A stretch of DNA of 45,144 bases from a virus (lineage: Duplodnaviria > Heunggongvirae > Uroviricota > Caudoviricetes). The notes below the pieces were generated by a model. It did no database searches. It was not told where the DNA came from and was given only the letters and a program-made list of their open reading frames with translations. Positions within the stretch are counted from its first letter, which is position 1, and every line of letters starts with the position of its first letter. The position numbers and the translations under genes were made by a program. The stretch lies in IMG/VR virus record IMGVR_UViG_2851976983_000003, one strand, 5' to 3'. Shown here in pieces: positions 33,711-43,096 of this stretch.

Positions 33711-34471
33711 GACTCACTCCTTAAAAAAGAATGCACAAAATCAAACGCCACATCATCTATTGTCTGATATCTATCATCTTTATCCATCCTGGTACACTTC
33801 GCTATGATAGGCTTTATTTTTTTATCATCTAAATTTAAGTCCTCAATTAACCGCCCCACCGCATAAACATCAGTCTTAACTGAATACTCGGCATTATATA
33901 AAATCTCGGGAGCCATATATCTTGTACTTCCCATACGGGTACCGATCTCGGTCAATTTAGTGGTATCCCCTTCGGGATTTGTATCTTTTACCAGACCAAA
34001 ATCAGACACCTTGTATGTTCCGTCGCTAAATCGCAAGACATTAAATGGTTTTATATCTCTGTGTAAATAGCCTTTCGCATGGATGTGAGCTACACCATCT
34101 AATACCATTTTCACTATTGAAATTTTTTGATCTGTTGTAAGAAGGTTGTTCGTTATTTCGTGCTCAAGATCACATTCTGCTTTATCCATAATGAACCATG
34201 GATTCTCGGCAAACAAATCGCACAAATAAATAGGAACAATATTGCTATGTACGCAATGTGATTGATACACGACCTCCCTTTTAAAACGCCTTCTAAACTG
34301 CTCTATTTGCGCCAAAAGCTCTGGTTTTTCGGGGGCTAAAACCTTTCTAGCATAATCCCCACATTCACCCTTGTTGAGGTTGTAAACCTTAACGTGTTCA
34401 ACAAAGCCAAATGCACCCCTTCCAATCAACTGAATTCGTTTTATAAAGTAATTACCGTGCTGTTCTTCCAT
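33707..34471 (-). CDS. Hanks-type (eukaryotic-like) Ser/Thr protein kinase
   Basis: Complete catalytic motif set: G-loop GRGAFG, lysine in YARKV, HRDIKPFN catalytic loop, DFG, APE (YMAPE), DVYAVG. Start placed at MEEQHGNYF; the ORF track starts 25 codons upstream. AT-rich. Confidence 0.85.
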   Translation of the reverse strand: MEEQHGNYFIKRIQLIGRGAFGFVEHVKVYNLNKGECGDYARKVLAPEKPELLAQIEQFRRRFKREVVYQSHCVHSNIVPIYLCDLFAENPWFIMDKAECDLEHEITNNLLTTDQKISIVKMVLDGVAHIHAKGYLHRDIKPFNVLRFSDGTYKVSDFGLVKDTNPEGDTTKLTEIGTRMGSTRYMAPEILYNAEYSVKTDVYAVGRLIEDLNLDDKKIKPIIAKCTRMDKDDRYQTIDDVAFDFVHSFLRSES

Positions 34472-34544
34472 TAAGCTCACCGACCTAAATTGTAAGAATA
34501 TCCATATCTTACAACTACAGATAAAAAGGTCCACAGAGTTAAGC

Positions 34545-34569
34545 AAAAAACCCGCATTTAAGCGGGTTT
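34545..34569 (-). terminator. Rho-independent terminator just downstream of the Q-like gene (tR'-like candidate)
   Basis: Minus strand aaacccgc-ttaaat-gcgggttt followed by TTTTGCTT. Confidence 0.55.
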
Positions 34570-34615
34570 ACACACTATACGGCAAAATATCACATTTACA
34601 TAAAATGTATGCGAT

Positions 34616-35311
34616 TTAATTGACTTTTGCAATATCTCGTCGTGAAAAGGTCGCTTTTTGTTGCGATCTCATTTTCACGGTGCAAATCAAGGATTCTGTA
34701 TCGAGTTTCTTAAAAATGTCGCACATCTCACGCCAGTAGTTCGCATAATTATGGCTCCAGTTGTCAGGCTTAACTCCACACAGTCTGGCAAGTTCCTGTC
34801 GCTGGTAGACGTCACGCCCAGTAATCCTCCCCCTGACATCCTGCGCCGCCAGCCAGATTAATTTCTTCAGACGCTCAAGCGTTTTCCCTGTAATTTTTCT
34901 GGTGCCAAAATGCACCTGAAACTTATCCCACGCCCATTTCGCAATGACCACCTGATAATCCCAACTCGGATTTTCACTGTATACCCACAGCACCCACGCC
35001 TTCTGATGCTCTTCAAGAGACAGAACGGCGCGTCGCCATGATGATGTCGAAAACTCAACCGGACTGACCAGGGCAATTGATGAACCTTTCGCCAGCGATT
35101 GCTTTCCCGGGATTGGTGGATTATCCCGCGTTATCATTTTTCCAGTCACTTCATCGCGGTACCGGATTTTTTTACGCCTGTAACGCCCTGTATCGAACAT
35201 GGCATTCTCTTGCCAGGCTTCAAGCTGACCTTTTGTTGCCCCACTCAAATCAGCGGTGGCGATAATGAGCTGCTCACGCACAAACTGTAAATACTGGTTA
35301 TTCATGCGCAC
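34616..35311 (-). CDS. Putative late-gene antiterminator (Q-like), assigned mainly by position
   Basis: 231-aa basic protein immediately downstream of rusA and upstream of a terminator and the late region, the position Q occupies in lambdoid phages; no motif confidently recognised. Confidence 0.45.
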   Translation of the reverse strand: MRMNNQYLQFVREQLIIATADLSGATKGQLEAWQENAMFDTGRYRRKKIRYRDEVTGKMITRDNPPIPGKQSLAKGSSIALVSPVEFSTSSWRRAVLSLEEHQKAWVLWVYSENPSWDYQVVIAKWAWDKFQVHFGTRKITGKTLERLKKLIWLAAQDVRGRITGRDVYQRQELARLCGVKPDNWSHNYANYWREMCDIFKKLDTESLICTVKMRSQQKATFSRRDIAKVN

Positions 35312-35667
35312 TCCAGTTCTGTGATTTTTATCCCCAGCCGCCCACCAGGAACGAGCTGACCGCGCACAATATTGATTTCATCAAACTGCTCGTCGTCTAT
35401 GAGAAGTCCGGCATGCGTCAGCGCATCCAGTGGTGCTTTCAGGATATTGTCCAGGTCACGACGACGTTTATCCGGTGGCTCTGCAATAATCTTTATCACC
35501 AGCCGTCCGGACAGGTTTAATTTCAGTCGCTGCTGGCGAACAATAAGCGCCACATCACGGCGATAACGCTCACCGGCTTTTGATACAAAATATGTGCTGC
35601 CACGACGTCGCCAGTAAGTGTTCACCGTTGGCGGGTAAGGCAAAACAAATTCTATGCGTTCAGTCAT
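35302..35667 (-). CDS. rusA: Holliday junction resolvase RusA
   Basis: 121 aa; YPPTVNTYW and DLDN motifs characteristic of RusA. Confidence 0.85.
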   Translation of the reverse strand: MTERIEFVLPYPPTVNTYWRRRGSTYFVSKAGERYRRDVALIVRQQRLKLNLSGRLVIKIIAEPPDKRRRDLDNILKAPLDALTHAGLLIDDEQFDEINIVRGQLVPGGRLGIKITELECA

Positions 35668-36723
35668 TCATGCTTTCCACTTCAGGACACCCGAATTTCT
35701 CGCGTGCATTAAAAAACGAATCAGCAACAACAGCTGGCTGCCGTGTTTTTCTTCAAAATCTTTTACCCCGGCGTGTAGTTCGCTATGGCATTTACGGCAC
35801 AGCGGAATAACAAACAAATCATCAGCCTTTGTTCCCATCCCTCCTAGTCCATGACCAATGATGTGATGCGGATCATCTGCCTGATTACCGCACGTCATGC
35901 ATTTCTGCGTTTTTACCCAGCGCGTGTATACAGGCATCTCTTCCCGTTGTGGTTTCTGGCGCTGGAGATACTGAGCCGGTGACTCCGGATCAACGGCAAT
36001 GCTGACCACCGTCTTTTCCTGTGGCGGGTTTTGCTGGTGGGCGTGAGGCAGTAGCGCAATATTTTTTGTGCGCTGCTTCAGCATGCTGGTGGCGGTCTGC
36101 TCTCCCGGCACGATGTCGCTCTCGCGGTATACTGAGCGAATTTTTTCCGCGCGTAATCCCAGCGAACGACGTAATACCGTCTCCGGTAGTGCGTCCGCTA
36201 CGTTATTTATGGTTGCCCACCAGGATAATTCAGCCAGCGATAATTCCCGCTCCTGCGTGCCATTCATTGCGTGGCGGATGACATCAATCATCCATGCTGA
36301 CAGGTTTTGGTGAGCAAGCTGCCCGAGTGATTCGGAAGTCTGGTCACGCAGCTGGTTGTCGCAGTGCCAGCACAACACCATCGCGCCGGTACCGTAACGA
36401 TGTATGACGGTTTCACTGTGATGATAGTCACCATGAGGCCACTGGCAGGATTTAACGTGGCGTAACAGCCAGTCAGACAGTGCACCAGCACCACCAGCAG
36501 TACGAATCACCCGCTCATCGCTGAAAAATGGCAGTAATGATTTATCCTCCGCCAGCGGCTGGCGAACAGCAGGAACGACTCCGGACGGCAGACCGCGCAT
36601 GCTTTTCGGTTCCGGCTCCACCAGAACTCGAGGGTTATGAAATACCTGCATGGATTCACGGCCCGGCTTAACGATCACCAGCCCGAGTTCCGGTACCAGA
36701 ACAGGTCGAAGTAATACCCGCAC
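35668..36723 (-). CDS. DUF968-like prophage protein with C-terminal HNH-like Cys/His motif (YdfU-like)
   Basis: 351 aa; C-terminal CMTCGNQADDPHHIIGHGLGGMGTKADDLFVIPLCRKCHSELH. Confidence 0.65.
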   Translation of the reverse strand: MRVLLRPVLVPELGLVIVKPGRESMQVFHNPRVLVEPEPKSMRGLPSGVVPAVRQPLAEDKSLLPFFSDERVIRTAGGAGALSDWLLRHVKSCQWPHGDYHHSETVIHRYGTGAMVLCWHCDNQLRDQTSESLGQLAHQNLSAWMIDVIRHAMNGTQERELSLAELSWWATINNVADALPETVLRRSLGLRAEKIRSVYRESDIVPGEQTATSMLKQRTKNIALLPHAHQQNPPQEKTVVSIAVDPESPAQYLQRQKPQREEMPVYTRWVKTQKCMTCGNQADDPHHIIGHGLGGMGTKADDLFVIPLCRKCHSELHAGVKDFEEKHGSQLLLLIRFLMHARNSGVLKWKA

Positions 36724-36724
36724 G

Positions 36725-37084
36725 TTACCTCCAGATGCGTTGCTGGAATGTGCGGGACGGACGCGGTGGGCGTTCAGAGTAAGGAAGCCTGACGGAGATT
36801 ATCCAGTGACGATAATCGAGGCTGAGGGCTTTCTTAATCTCGTATCCGTGTCTGCGGTAGCACTGAATTAGCCACTCGGCCTGTTCTTCAGTGCATGGGG
36901 GATGCTGGAGCCAGTCAGATTTGAAAGTGCGGGAACGCCGCCCGTGCCTGCTGGCAAAGACGGCAGAATCATCAGAATTGTGTAATTTGGTATCGTGCGC
37001 CATCGGTTGTCTCTGCTGGCGCAGCAGGTGCCAGTTGTTCAGGCTGGCGTGCGAATTGTAAACCAGAATGCCAGGAAAAAACAA
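36725..37084 (-). CDS. Hypothetical protein (real start likely at the internal Met near 37003)
   Basis: ORF abutting the DUF968 gene; the 5' end of the long ORF overlaps an upstream terminator hairpin, arguing for the shorter form. Confidence 0.35.
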   Translation of the reverse strand: MFFPGILVYNSHASLNNWHLLRQQRQPMAHDTKLHNSDDSAVFASRHGRRSRTFKSDWLQHPPCTEEQAEWLIQCYRRHGYEIKKALSLDYRHWIISVRLPYSERPPRPSRTFQQRIWR

Positions 37085-37100
37085 AACCCGCCGAAGCGGG
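37076..37100 (-). terminator. Rho-independent terminator downstream of the lipoprotein gene
   Basis: acccgc-ttcg-gcgggt hairpin followed on the minus strand by TTTTGTTTTTT. Confidence 0.5.
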
Positions 37101-37299
37101 TATGCTAAAACAAACTGAAAGTAATATACCGGACTTGTAAAGGAACGATAGAATAATTATTGGATTAAACCCTGACTCAATCCAGATTTCATAGGCAACA
37201 ACTACGGACTAATCATCACAGTCATGTTTGATAGGCTTAGTCCACATTGGGTGAGGGTTTACGGCGTTTTCACTAATAATTTATCGTCCAAGCTATACA

Positions 37300-37692
37300 C
37301 TACTGCCCTGTTTTAACGAAGTTTTTAAAGGAAACAACTGCCTGATAGGGGTTTGGTTGACAGCCAAACATATTATCGCAAAAAGGCTTGATGAAAATTC
37401 TTGAGGATCCATCTTCATTTGGCATTTTACTCACTTGATAAGCGAGGAATGGACTATTTGGAGAGGGATTATAAGTGGAAATTAGCGTGTCTGTCGCCGT
37501 TTGAATTTTCCATGAGGAATTATTAGCCAACCAGAATTGCGCTCGTTTCCAATAAAAGTCACATTGCTTTTCATCATTACATGTTAGTGGCTTCATTGCT
37601 TCTGCTTTCAACGCTGGATCGACCTTTGCTGCACACCCTCCCAACATTACTGTTGCAATCATTACACCTGCGACTAAAACAAGTTTCTTCAT
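37300..37692 (-). CDS. Putative lipoprotein (moron, AT-rich)
   Basis: 130 aa; signal peptide with lipobox MLGGC (MKKLVLVAGVMIATVMLGGCAAK); several Cys in the mature part. Confidence 0.6.
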   Translation of the reverse strand: MKKLVLVAGVMIATVMLGGCAAKVDPALKAEAMKPLTCNDEKQCDFYWKRAQFWLANNSSWKIQTATDTLISTYNPSPNSPFLAYQVSKMPNEDGSSRIFIKPFCDNMFGCQPNPYQAVVSFKNFVKTGQ

Positions 37693-37753
37693 ATCCCTGT
37701 GAACCGCCCCGGAAATCCTGGAGACTAAACTCCCTGAGAAAGAGGTAAACAGG

Positions 37754-38080
37754 ATGACTAAAAATACTCGTTTTTCCCCCGAAGTCCGTCAGCGGGCGAT
37801 TCGTATGGTTCTGGAAAGTCAGGATGAATATGACTCACAGTGGGCGGCAATTTGTTCCATTGCCCCAAAGATTGGCTGTACGCCGGAGACTCTGCGTGTC
37901 TGGGTTCGCCAGCATGAGCGGGATACCGGGGGCGGTGATGGTGGGCTCACCAGCGCTGAACGTCAGCGTCTGAAAGAGCTGGAACGTGAAAATCGTGAAC
38001 TGCGCCGCAGTAACGATATCCTTCGCCAGGCTTCCGCTTATTTTGCGAAGGCGGAGTTCGACCGCCTCTGGAAAAAATGA
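37754..38080 (+). CDS. IS3-family transposase OrfA (HTH/leucine zipper)
   Basis: 108 aa, [50 protein letters not shown]…. Confidence 0.9.
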   Translation: MTKNTRFSPEVRQRAIRMVLESQDEYDSQWAAICSIAPKIGCTPETLRVWVRQHERDTGGGDGGLTSAERQRLKELERENRELRRSNDILRQASAYFAKAEFDRLWKK

Positions 38081-38967
38081 TGCCACTGCTGGATAAGCTG
38101 CGTGAGCAGTACGGGGTCGGACCGGTATGCAGCGAACTGCATATTGCCCCGTCAACGTATTACCATTGTCAGCAACAGCGACATCATCCGGATAAACGCA
38201 GTGCCCGTGCGCAGCACGACGACTGGCTGAAGAGAGAGATACAGCGCGTATACGATGAAAATCATCAGGTGTACGGTGTGCGTAAAGTCTGGCGTCAGTT
38301 GTTACGGGAAGGAATCAGGGTGGCCAGATGTACAGTGGCACGTCTCATGGCGGTTATGGGACTTGCCGGTGTTCTCCGGGGTAAAAAGGTCCGTACGACC
38401 ATCAGCCGGAAAGCCGTTGCCGCAGGCGACCGCGTAAACCGTCAGTTCGTGGCAGAACGACCTGACCAGCTGTGGGTGGCTGATTTTACTTACGTCAGCA
38501 CATGGCAGGGCTTCGTCTATGTGGCGTTTATCATTGATGTGTTTGCCGGATACATCGTGGGGTGGCGGGTCTCATCGTCTATGGAAACGACATTCGTGCT
38601 GGATGCGCTGGAGCAGGCGTTGTGGGCCCGTCGTCCGTCTGGCACCATCCATCACAGCGATAAAGGCTCTCAGTATGTGTCACTGGCCTATACGGAGCGA
38701 CTAAAAGAAGCCGGATTACTGGCATCAACAGGGAGTACAGGCGACTCGTATGACAACGCGATGGCTGAGAGCATCAATGGTCTTTACAAAGCGGAGGTAA
38801 TACACCGTAAGAGCTGGAAAAACCGTGCAGAAGTGGAACTGGCCACACTAACGTGGGTGGACTGGTATAACAATCGACGATTGCTGGGAAGGCTGGGCCA
38901 TACTCCTCCGGCAGAAGCAGAAAAAGCTTATTATGCTTCCATCGGAAACGATGATCTGGCAGCCTGA
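38077..38967 (+). CDS. IS3-family transposase OrfB (DDE integrase core)
   Basis: 296 aa with DDE/rve-type core (…WVADFTYV…HHSDKGSQY…DNAMAES…); overlaps orfA. Confidence 0.9.
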   Translation: MMPLLDKLREQYGVGPVCSELHIAPSTYYHCQQQRHHPDKRSARAQHDDWLKREIQRVYDENHQVYGVRKVWRQLLREGIRVARCTVARLMAVMGLAGVLRGKKVRTTISRKAVAAGDRVNRQFVAERPDQLWVADFTYVSTWQGFVYVAFIIDVFAGYIVGWRVSSSMETTFVLDALEQALWARRPSGTIHHSDKGSQYVSLAYTERLKEAGLLASTGSTGDSYDNAMAESINGLYKAEVIHRKSWKNRAEVELATLTWVDWYNNRRLLGRLGHTPPAEAEKAYYASIGNDDLAA

Positions 38968-39149
38968 GTTCACAGATAAAACACTCTCCAGGAAACCCGG
39001 GGCGGTTCACTGCCCCATCAATAAAAGTTCGGTTCTCTAATAACTAGAGTTAATCAACGAAAAAAAACGCCGAAGCGGGTTAAGTGCGGGTGCGTTGAGG
39101 ATGCCTGACTCATCAGAGGTGGCGAGGGATTTCTCCCTCACCTGGTCTC

Positions 39150-39305
39150 TTACTCCTCAGGTTCGTAAGCTGTGAAGACAGCGACCTCCGTCTGGCCGGT
39201 TCGGATTCGTACCTCGCAGAGGTCTTTCCTCGTTACCAGTGCCGTCACTATGACGGTTAAACAGATGACGATCAGGGCGATTAACATCGCCTTTTGCTGC
39301 TTCAT
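39150..39305 (-). CDS. hok: Hok/Gef-family type I toxin (HokD-like)
   Basis: 51 aa MKQQKAMLIALIVICLTVIVTALVTRKDLCEVRIRTGQTEVAVFTAYEPEE, a canonical Hok sequence; the in-frame upstream extension in the ORF track (39150-39362) could be a mok-like leader frame. Confidence 0.85.
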   Translation of the reverse strand: MKQQKAMLIALIVICLTVIVTALVTRKDLCEVRIRTGQTEVAVFTAYEPEE

Positions 39306-39595
39306 AGCCTGCTTCTCCTTGCCTTTCGGCACGTAAGAGGCTAACCTAGATTTGCCGTTCATAGATTGAGCCTCAGATTAATGTTAAGCGTCTTGCAGGA
39401 CGCGTAATGTTAACTGGGGCTTTTCTCTATCTGCCTTTGGTGTTCATGCCTGAGACAGATAGCCTCAAGCACCCGCAGCAATTCTACTTAACTCCCCTTT
39501 CACTGCAAACCGTTTTTATCCCCAGCGGCAAATCGAATACACAACAAGTGCTACCGCCATTGCAATTCCTGTCGTTGTGAATGCCTCCGGCCAGG

Positions 39596-40069
39596 TCATC
39601 GTAAAACATCCTCCGCGCTTATCAGCCCATTCCGCTCCAGATACCCCATCGCCATATCCGGTAATTTGCAATCTGGTTTCGCTTTTTTCAACTGACTTAC
39701 CAATTGTTTAACCAGCATTGTCAACTCTTCCTCATGTGAAAGTGATGCCGGTTGCGCAGCGTACAGGGGTTTTGGCGCAATGGCTGAGTGTTTTGCGTAT
39801 GCCGCAACAGATTCAGCATTGAACAAAACCATATTGTGAGCACAGGACCATGCAACTGGCATTGCTTCAAGTGAGGCAAGCGCAATACGGGCAAGCTCAA
39901 GATCCATTTCAATGGCAACTCTTGAAGTCTTAAACACGGTCTGTCGCGCAGCAAATTTCATGGATTTCACACTTTCATTAGCATGAGCAATCAATTGCTC
40001 TCTGGTAAATTTCGTCATATTTTTCTCATCCAGTCCTGTCGCTATGCCTGCGCAACCATTACCCCACAA
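39596..40069 (-). CDS. Hypothetical prophage protein
   Basis: 157-aa ORF (possible start at MTKFTREQ…) in the nin-equivalent region; no motif recognised. Confidence 0.4.
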   Translation of the reverse strand: MWGNGCAGIATGLDEKNMTKFTREQLIAHANESVKSMKFAARQTVFKTSRVAIEMDLELARIALASLEAMPVAWSCAHNMVLFNAESVAAYAKHSAIAPKPLYAAQPASLSHEEELTMLVKQLVSQLKKAKPDCKLPDMAMGYLERNGLISAEDVLR

Positions 40070-40189
40070 TTACATCACAGGGGGTAATGGTTGCAATTCA
40101 GTGGCCACCGCGAGATTCACACCATTCACAATAAATCATAAAAATACACGCAATCACAGACCATAATATAAGAACTGTTTCGGCCACAA

Positions 40190-40540
40190 TCACAAGACCT
40201 TCCCACATTTCTTTTTCCCACACCTCCTGAAACCAGAGAATCGGCATATCGCCCCCCTCTGAAAAATAACCACATGCCCCAGTTTCTCCGCCAGAGCCAG
40301 TTCCGCTTTAGCGCCTGCTGACCGTTGCCAGTCTTTCAGCATATAAATCACATCCACGCTACGTATCATTGCCATGCAGATATCCATGTACTGCGGCTGT
40401 GTCAGCCCGTCCGGAAGTACTGCCGGGTTTAAGACGGTATGCCCTTCCCGTTTCAGTTCCTCTTCCGCATTGTGAAACGCCTCACGGTTGAAATTTTTAT
40501 ACCCGGTCATTGGACCGGCGATATAGACTCTCACCCTCAC
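40190..40540 (-). CDS. Hypothetical protein, possibly DUF4406 / nucleoside 2-deoxyribosyltransferase-like
   Basis: 116 aa; N-terminal VYIAGPMTG motif resembles that fold; C-terminal Cys/Lys-rich tail. Confidence 0.45.
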   Translation of the reverse strand: MRVRVYIAGPMTGYKNFNREAFHNAEEELKREGHTVLNPAVLPDGLTQPQYMDICMAMIRSVDVIYMLKDWQRSAGAKAELALAEKLGHVVIFQRGAICRFSGFRRCGKKKCGKVL

Positions 40541-40932
40541 GCCATCACCTCCTGAAAATTACCCTGATAAAACGCCAGCACTCGCTGCATAACCTCACTC
40601 TTCCGGCACTCGCGACAGATTATGTTCTGGCTCCTGTCGTAGCGGCGTATTTCTCCGTCTGGTAACTTTCGAATCAGTGTCAGGTCGGTTCTTTTCTCCG
40701 GTGTCTTACGCCATACGCGATACGCCTGCTCTGATGCAAAAACACCGTACTTCCCGGACATGTATAAATCGCCACAAGCCAGCACATCCACAAGGCAGCG
40801 TCGGACCAAATGCCAGCCTGCCCCAGTCGCTCTCTCCAGTTGCGACATCGTCATGCGTTCATTTTTGCGTACCAACCCGATAATTCGTGCCTTCAGCTCT
40901 TCCCGCTGTTCGAGAGAAAAAGGTTTCGCCAT
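40537..40932 (-). CDS. Hypothetical protein with HTH-like segment
   Basis: 131 aa; MTMSQLERATGAGWHLVRRCL resembles a DNA-binding helix-turn-helix. Confidence 0.4.
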   Translation of the reverse strand: MAKPFSLEQREELKARIIGLVRKNERMTMSQLERATGAGWHLVRRCLVDVLACGDLYMSGKYGVFASEQAYRVWRKTPEKRTDLTLIRKLPDGEIRRYDRSQNIICRECRKSEVMQRVLAFYQGNFQEVMA

Positions 40933-40946
40933 AAATCCTCCTGAAA

Positions 40947-41693
40947 TTACTTCACAACCCTCAGGTGTCTGACATTCGAACGCCAGCTCTCCCAGTTAAA
41001 ATTCACCCAGCGACCACCGTTCATGACCATGCGGTCCATTACACGCTCGCCAAGAAGCGTACTCATCGCTACGTGGTTCAGGTTCGTCAGCATTCCGACA
41101 CTACGCATCGAAGCCGTTCTGCGGTCGACTATCTGGTTCAGCGTGACCTGCTCGTTGCGCGTATCCCGCTGCATTCCGATTTCATCCAGGACAAGCAGGT
41201 CAACATCACACAACCCCTGTAAAAATTTTTCGCCTGAGTTTTTGTTGTCGTAGCTGTTGTGTAACGCCAGCATCACATCAGCCACCGTTATCACAATCAC
41301 GCTGCGACCTTTCGCCAGAAGATGATTGCCAATGGCGGCTGCAAGGTGGTTCTTTCCGGTACCCGGCTTACCGCTGAACACAAAATTCGTGCCCCCGGTC
41401 ATCAGTTCGTCAGCGATGGATTTTGCCTGGCTCAGCGCGTGTTTTTGCCCGTCGTTCTGCACCTGATAATTCGCAAACGAGCATTTGCTGTGCAGAGGCT
41501 GGATGCCCGAACGATTCAGGATTTTTTCCACCCGCAACTGGCGATTCTGGCGGTTGATCTCCTCGCTACGTTTTCGCCCTTCTGCTAGTTGCCACTCGCG
41601 CCACTCGTCCACTGTCCGGTACGGCGCGATTACATGCTGCGGGGCCAGCTTACGGATACGCTCAAGAACACCACCTGCCGCGATATTTTTCAT
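40947..41693 (-). CDS. DnaC-like replicative helicase loader (IstB-like AAA+ ATPase)
   Basis: 248 aa; Walker A GKPGTGKNHL, Walker B LLVLDEIG; follows the O-like gene. Confidence 0.85.
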   Translation of the reverse strand: MKNIAAGGVLERIRKLAPQHVIAPYRTVDEWREWQLAEGRKRSEEINRQNRQLRVEKILNRSGIQPLHSKCSFANYQVQNDGQKHALSQAKSIADELMTGGTNFVFSGKPGTGKNHLAAAIGNHLLAKGRSVIVITVADVMLALHNSYDNKNSGEKFLQGLCDVDLLVLDEIGMQRDTRNEQVTLNQIVDRRTASMRSVGMLTNLNHVAMSTLLGERVMDRMVMNGGRWVNFNWESWRSNVRHLRVVK

Positions 41694-41699
41694 GGCCCG

Positions 41700-42647
41700 T
41701 TACCCCCTGAACCCCGGTGGAATTTCGGTATCCGGCTCAGAAATATGATTCACACAACGCTGTACAGACGAACGCCCCAGGCGGATAACCAGTTCATCCC
41801 ATTTTTCGCGAAGCTTTGACGGACTCATGATATTTTTTACCCAGAATGGATCCCGCTGCACCCGACCAAACATTTCACAAATTTGTCTGTGAGTTCTGCC
41901 ATCCAGCATCCGCATTGTGCGCACGTCGTTGGCCCATGCGGTCCAGTTGGGTTCTTTCGGTCGCGAAATCTCGCCATCATCGCTGGCGGCCTGCTCGTAA
42001 AGACTCACGATTCGCCCCCAGATCCACTGCGCACACGCTAAATCTTCCTGGCTACCCCACTGGCGTTTTTTCGCACTGAACACAACCGCGTCAGGGTGTC
42101 GGGTTAAAAAGTCCTGTTCAGCCGTCTGCATGTCCGGTTGCGAAGCTTCCGGACGAAAAGATCTTTTATCTGACGGATCAGGTTTTAATACTGACGGATC
42201 GGGGCCAACCATCGCCCCCCTATCCGACTGTTTTTTATCAACTGTTGATCCATCAAAATTTGATGGGTCAACCGTTGAGGGGGCAATATTTGACGGGTCA
42301 TTTTTTGCCTGGCTAATTTTTCTTTTCGGTTTATATGCCTCACGCGCTGCCGCTGCTGCTGCTTCGAGTTTTTCCACATTAAGACGGTAGATATTGCTTT
42401 CATTACGCCCACCGACCTTACGTTCCTCCTTCGTCAGCCAGCCGTTCTTTTCCAGTTCTGCTATCGCAGCTTTAACCGTTGATTCACTCTTTGCCCCAAT
42501 CTGACGACGAATAGTCTCCACTGCAGGCCATGACACACCTTCGTCATTGCTGTAATCTGCAAGGCGAGCCATAACTGCCACCCTGGATAAGATCATGCCG
42601 GTGAAGGCACACCCTTCCCAGACAAGACCATGAAGCTTGCTGCTCAT
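41700..42647 (-). CDS. Replication initiation protein (O-like; N-terminal winged-helix, C-terminal DUF1376/YdaU-like region)
   Basis: 315 aa; N-terminal DNA-binding-like domain; internal near-duplicate peptide DPSNIAPSTVDPSNFDGSTVD; lies between the CII-like and DnaC-like genes. Confidence 0.55.
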   Translation of the reverse strand: MSSKLHGLVWEGCAFTGMILSRVAVMARLADYSNDEGVSWPAVETIRRQIGAKSESTVKAAIAELEKNGWLTKEERKVGGRNESNIYRLNVEKLEAAAAAAREAYKPKRKISQAKNDPSNIAPSTVDPSNFDGSTVDKKQSDRGAMVGPDPSVLKPDPSDKRSFRPEASQPDMQTAEQDFLTRHPDAVVFSAKKRQWGSQEDLACAQWIWGRIVSLYEQAASDDGEISRPKEPNWTAWANDVRTMRMLDGRTHRQICEMFGRVQRDPFWVKNIMSPSKLREKWDELVIRLGRSSVQRCVNHISEPDTEIPPGFRG

Positions 42648-42670
42648 AAAAAACTCCGAACACCGTGCTT

Positions 42671-43096
42671 TTAGTGCATCACCAAGGCATTTCCTGCCGG
42701 GCCACCACGATTCATCTGATTGAAACCAGCGATCGCCACTGCGACAAAATCATCAGCGTCTCTCACCAGTCGTTCCCGCGTCTCCACCAGCTCCCGAAAC
42801 CAGGCTGAACTGTGGCTGCGCATTCGGGCCACCAGCAGAGGTGGCATTGCTTTTTCGATAGCCGGTAACAACGCCTGAATTTTTTTAACCGCATCAGGAG
42901 TGTCTTTCTCTACCCAGCGGAAAATTTTCTGGGTATTGCGAGCCAGGGCTTCCGGATGGCTGTCGTCATACAGTTCAGGAAACGTCATTCCCTGCTCGAA
43001 ATACGCTTTGGTAATCTCTGCAGCCGGTACTTTCTCGCCGTCCGGATGCGCCCAGGCATTCATCGCCATGCGGATGTGTTCATGCTTGATTTTCAT
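42671..43096 (-). CDS. CII-like / YdaT-family early regulatory protein
   Basis: 141 aa, N-terminus MKIKHEHIRMAM…; immediately downstream of cro in the early-right operon. Confidence 0.45.
   Translation of the reverse strand: MKIKHEHIRMAMNAWAHPDGEKVPAAEITKAYFEQGMTFPELYDDSHPEALARNTQKIFRWVEKDTPDAVKKIQALLPAIEKAMPPLLVARMRSHSSAWFRELVETRERLVRDADDFVAVAIAGFNQMNRGGPAGNALVMH

Larger units (their letters stand above)
37700..39009 (+). mobile_element. IS3-family insertion sequence, IS629-like (1310 bp), 3-bp target duplication CTG
   Basis: Terminal inverted repeats TGAACCGCCCCGG…/…CCGGGGCGGTTCA; orfA/orfB pair; CTG at 37697-37699 and 39010-39012. Confidence 0.85.
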
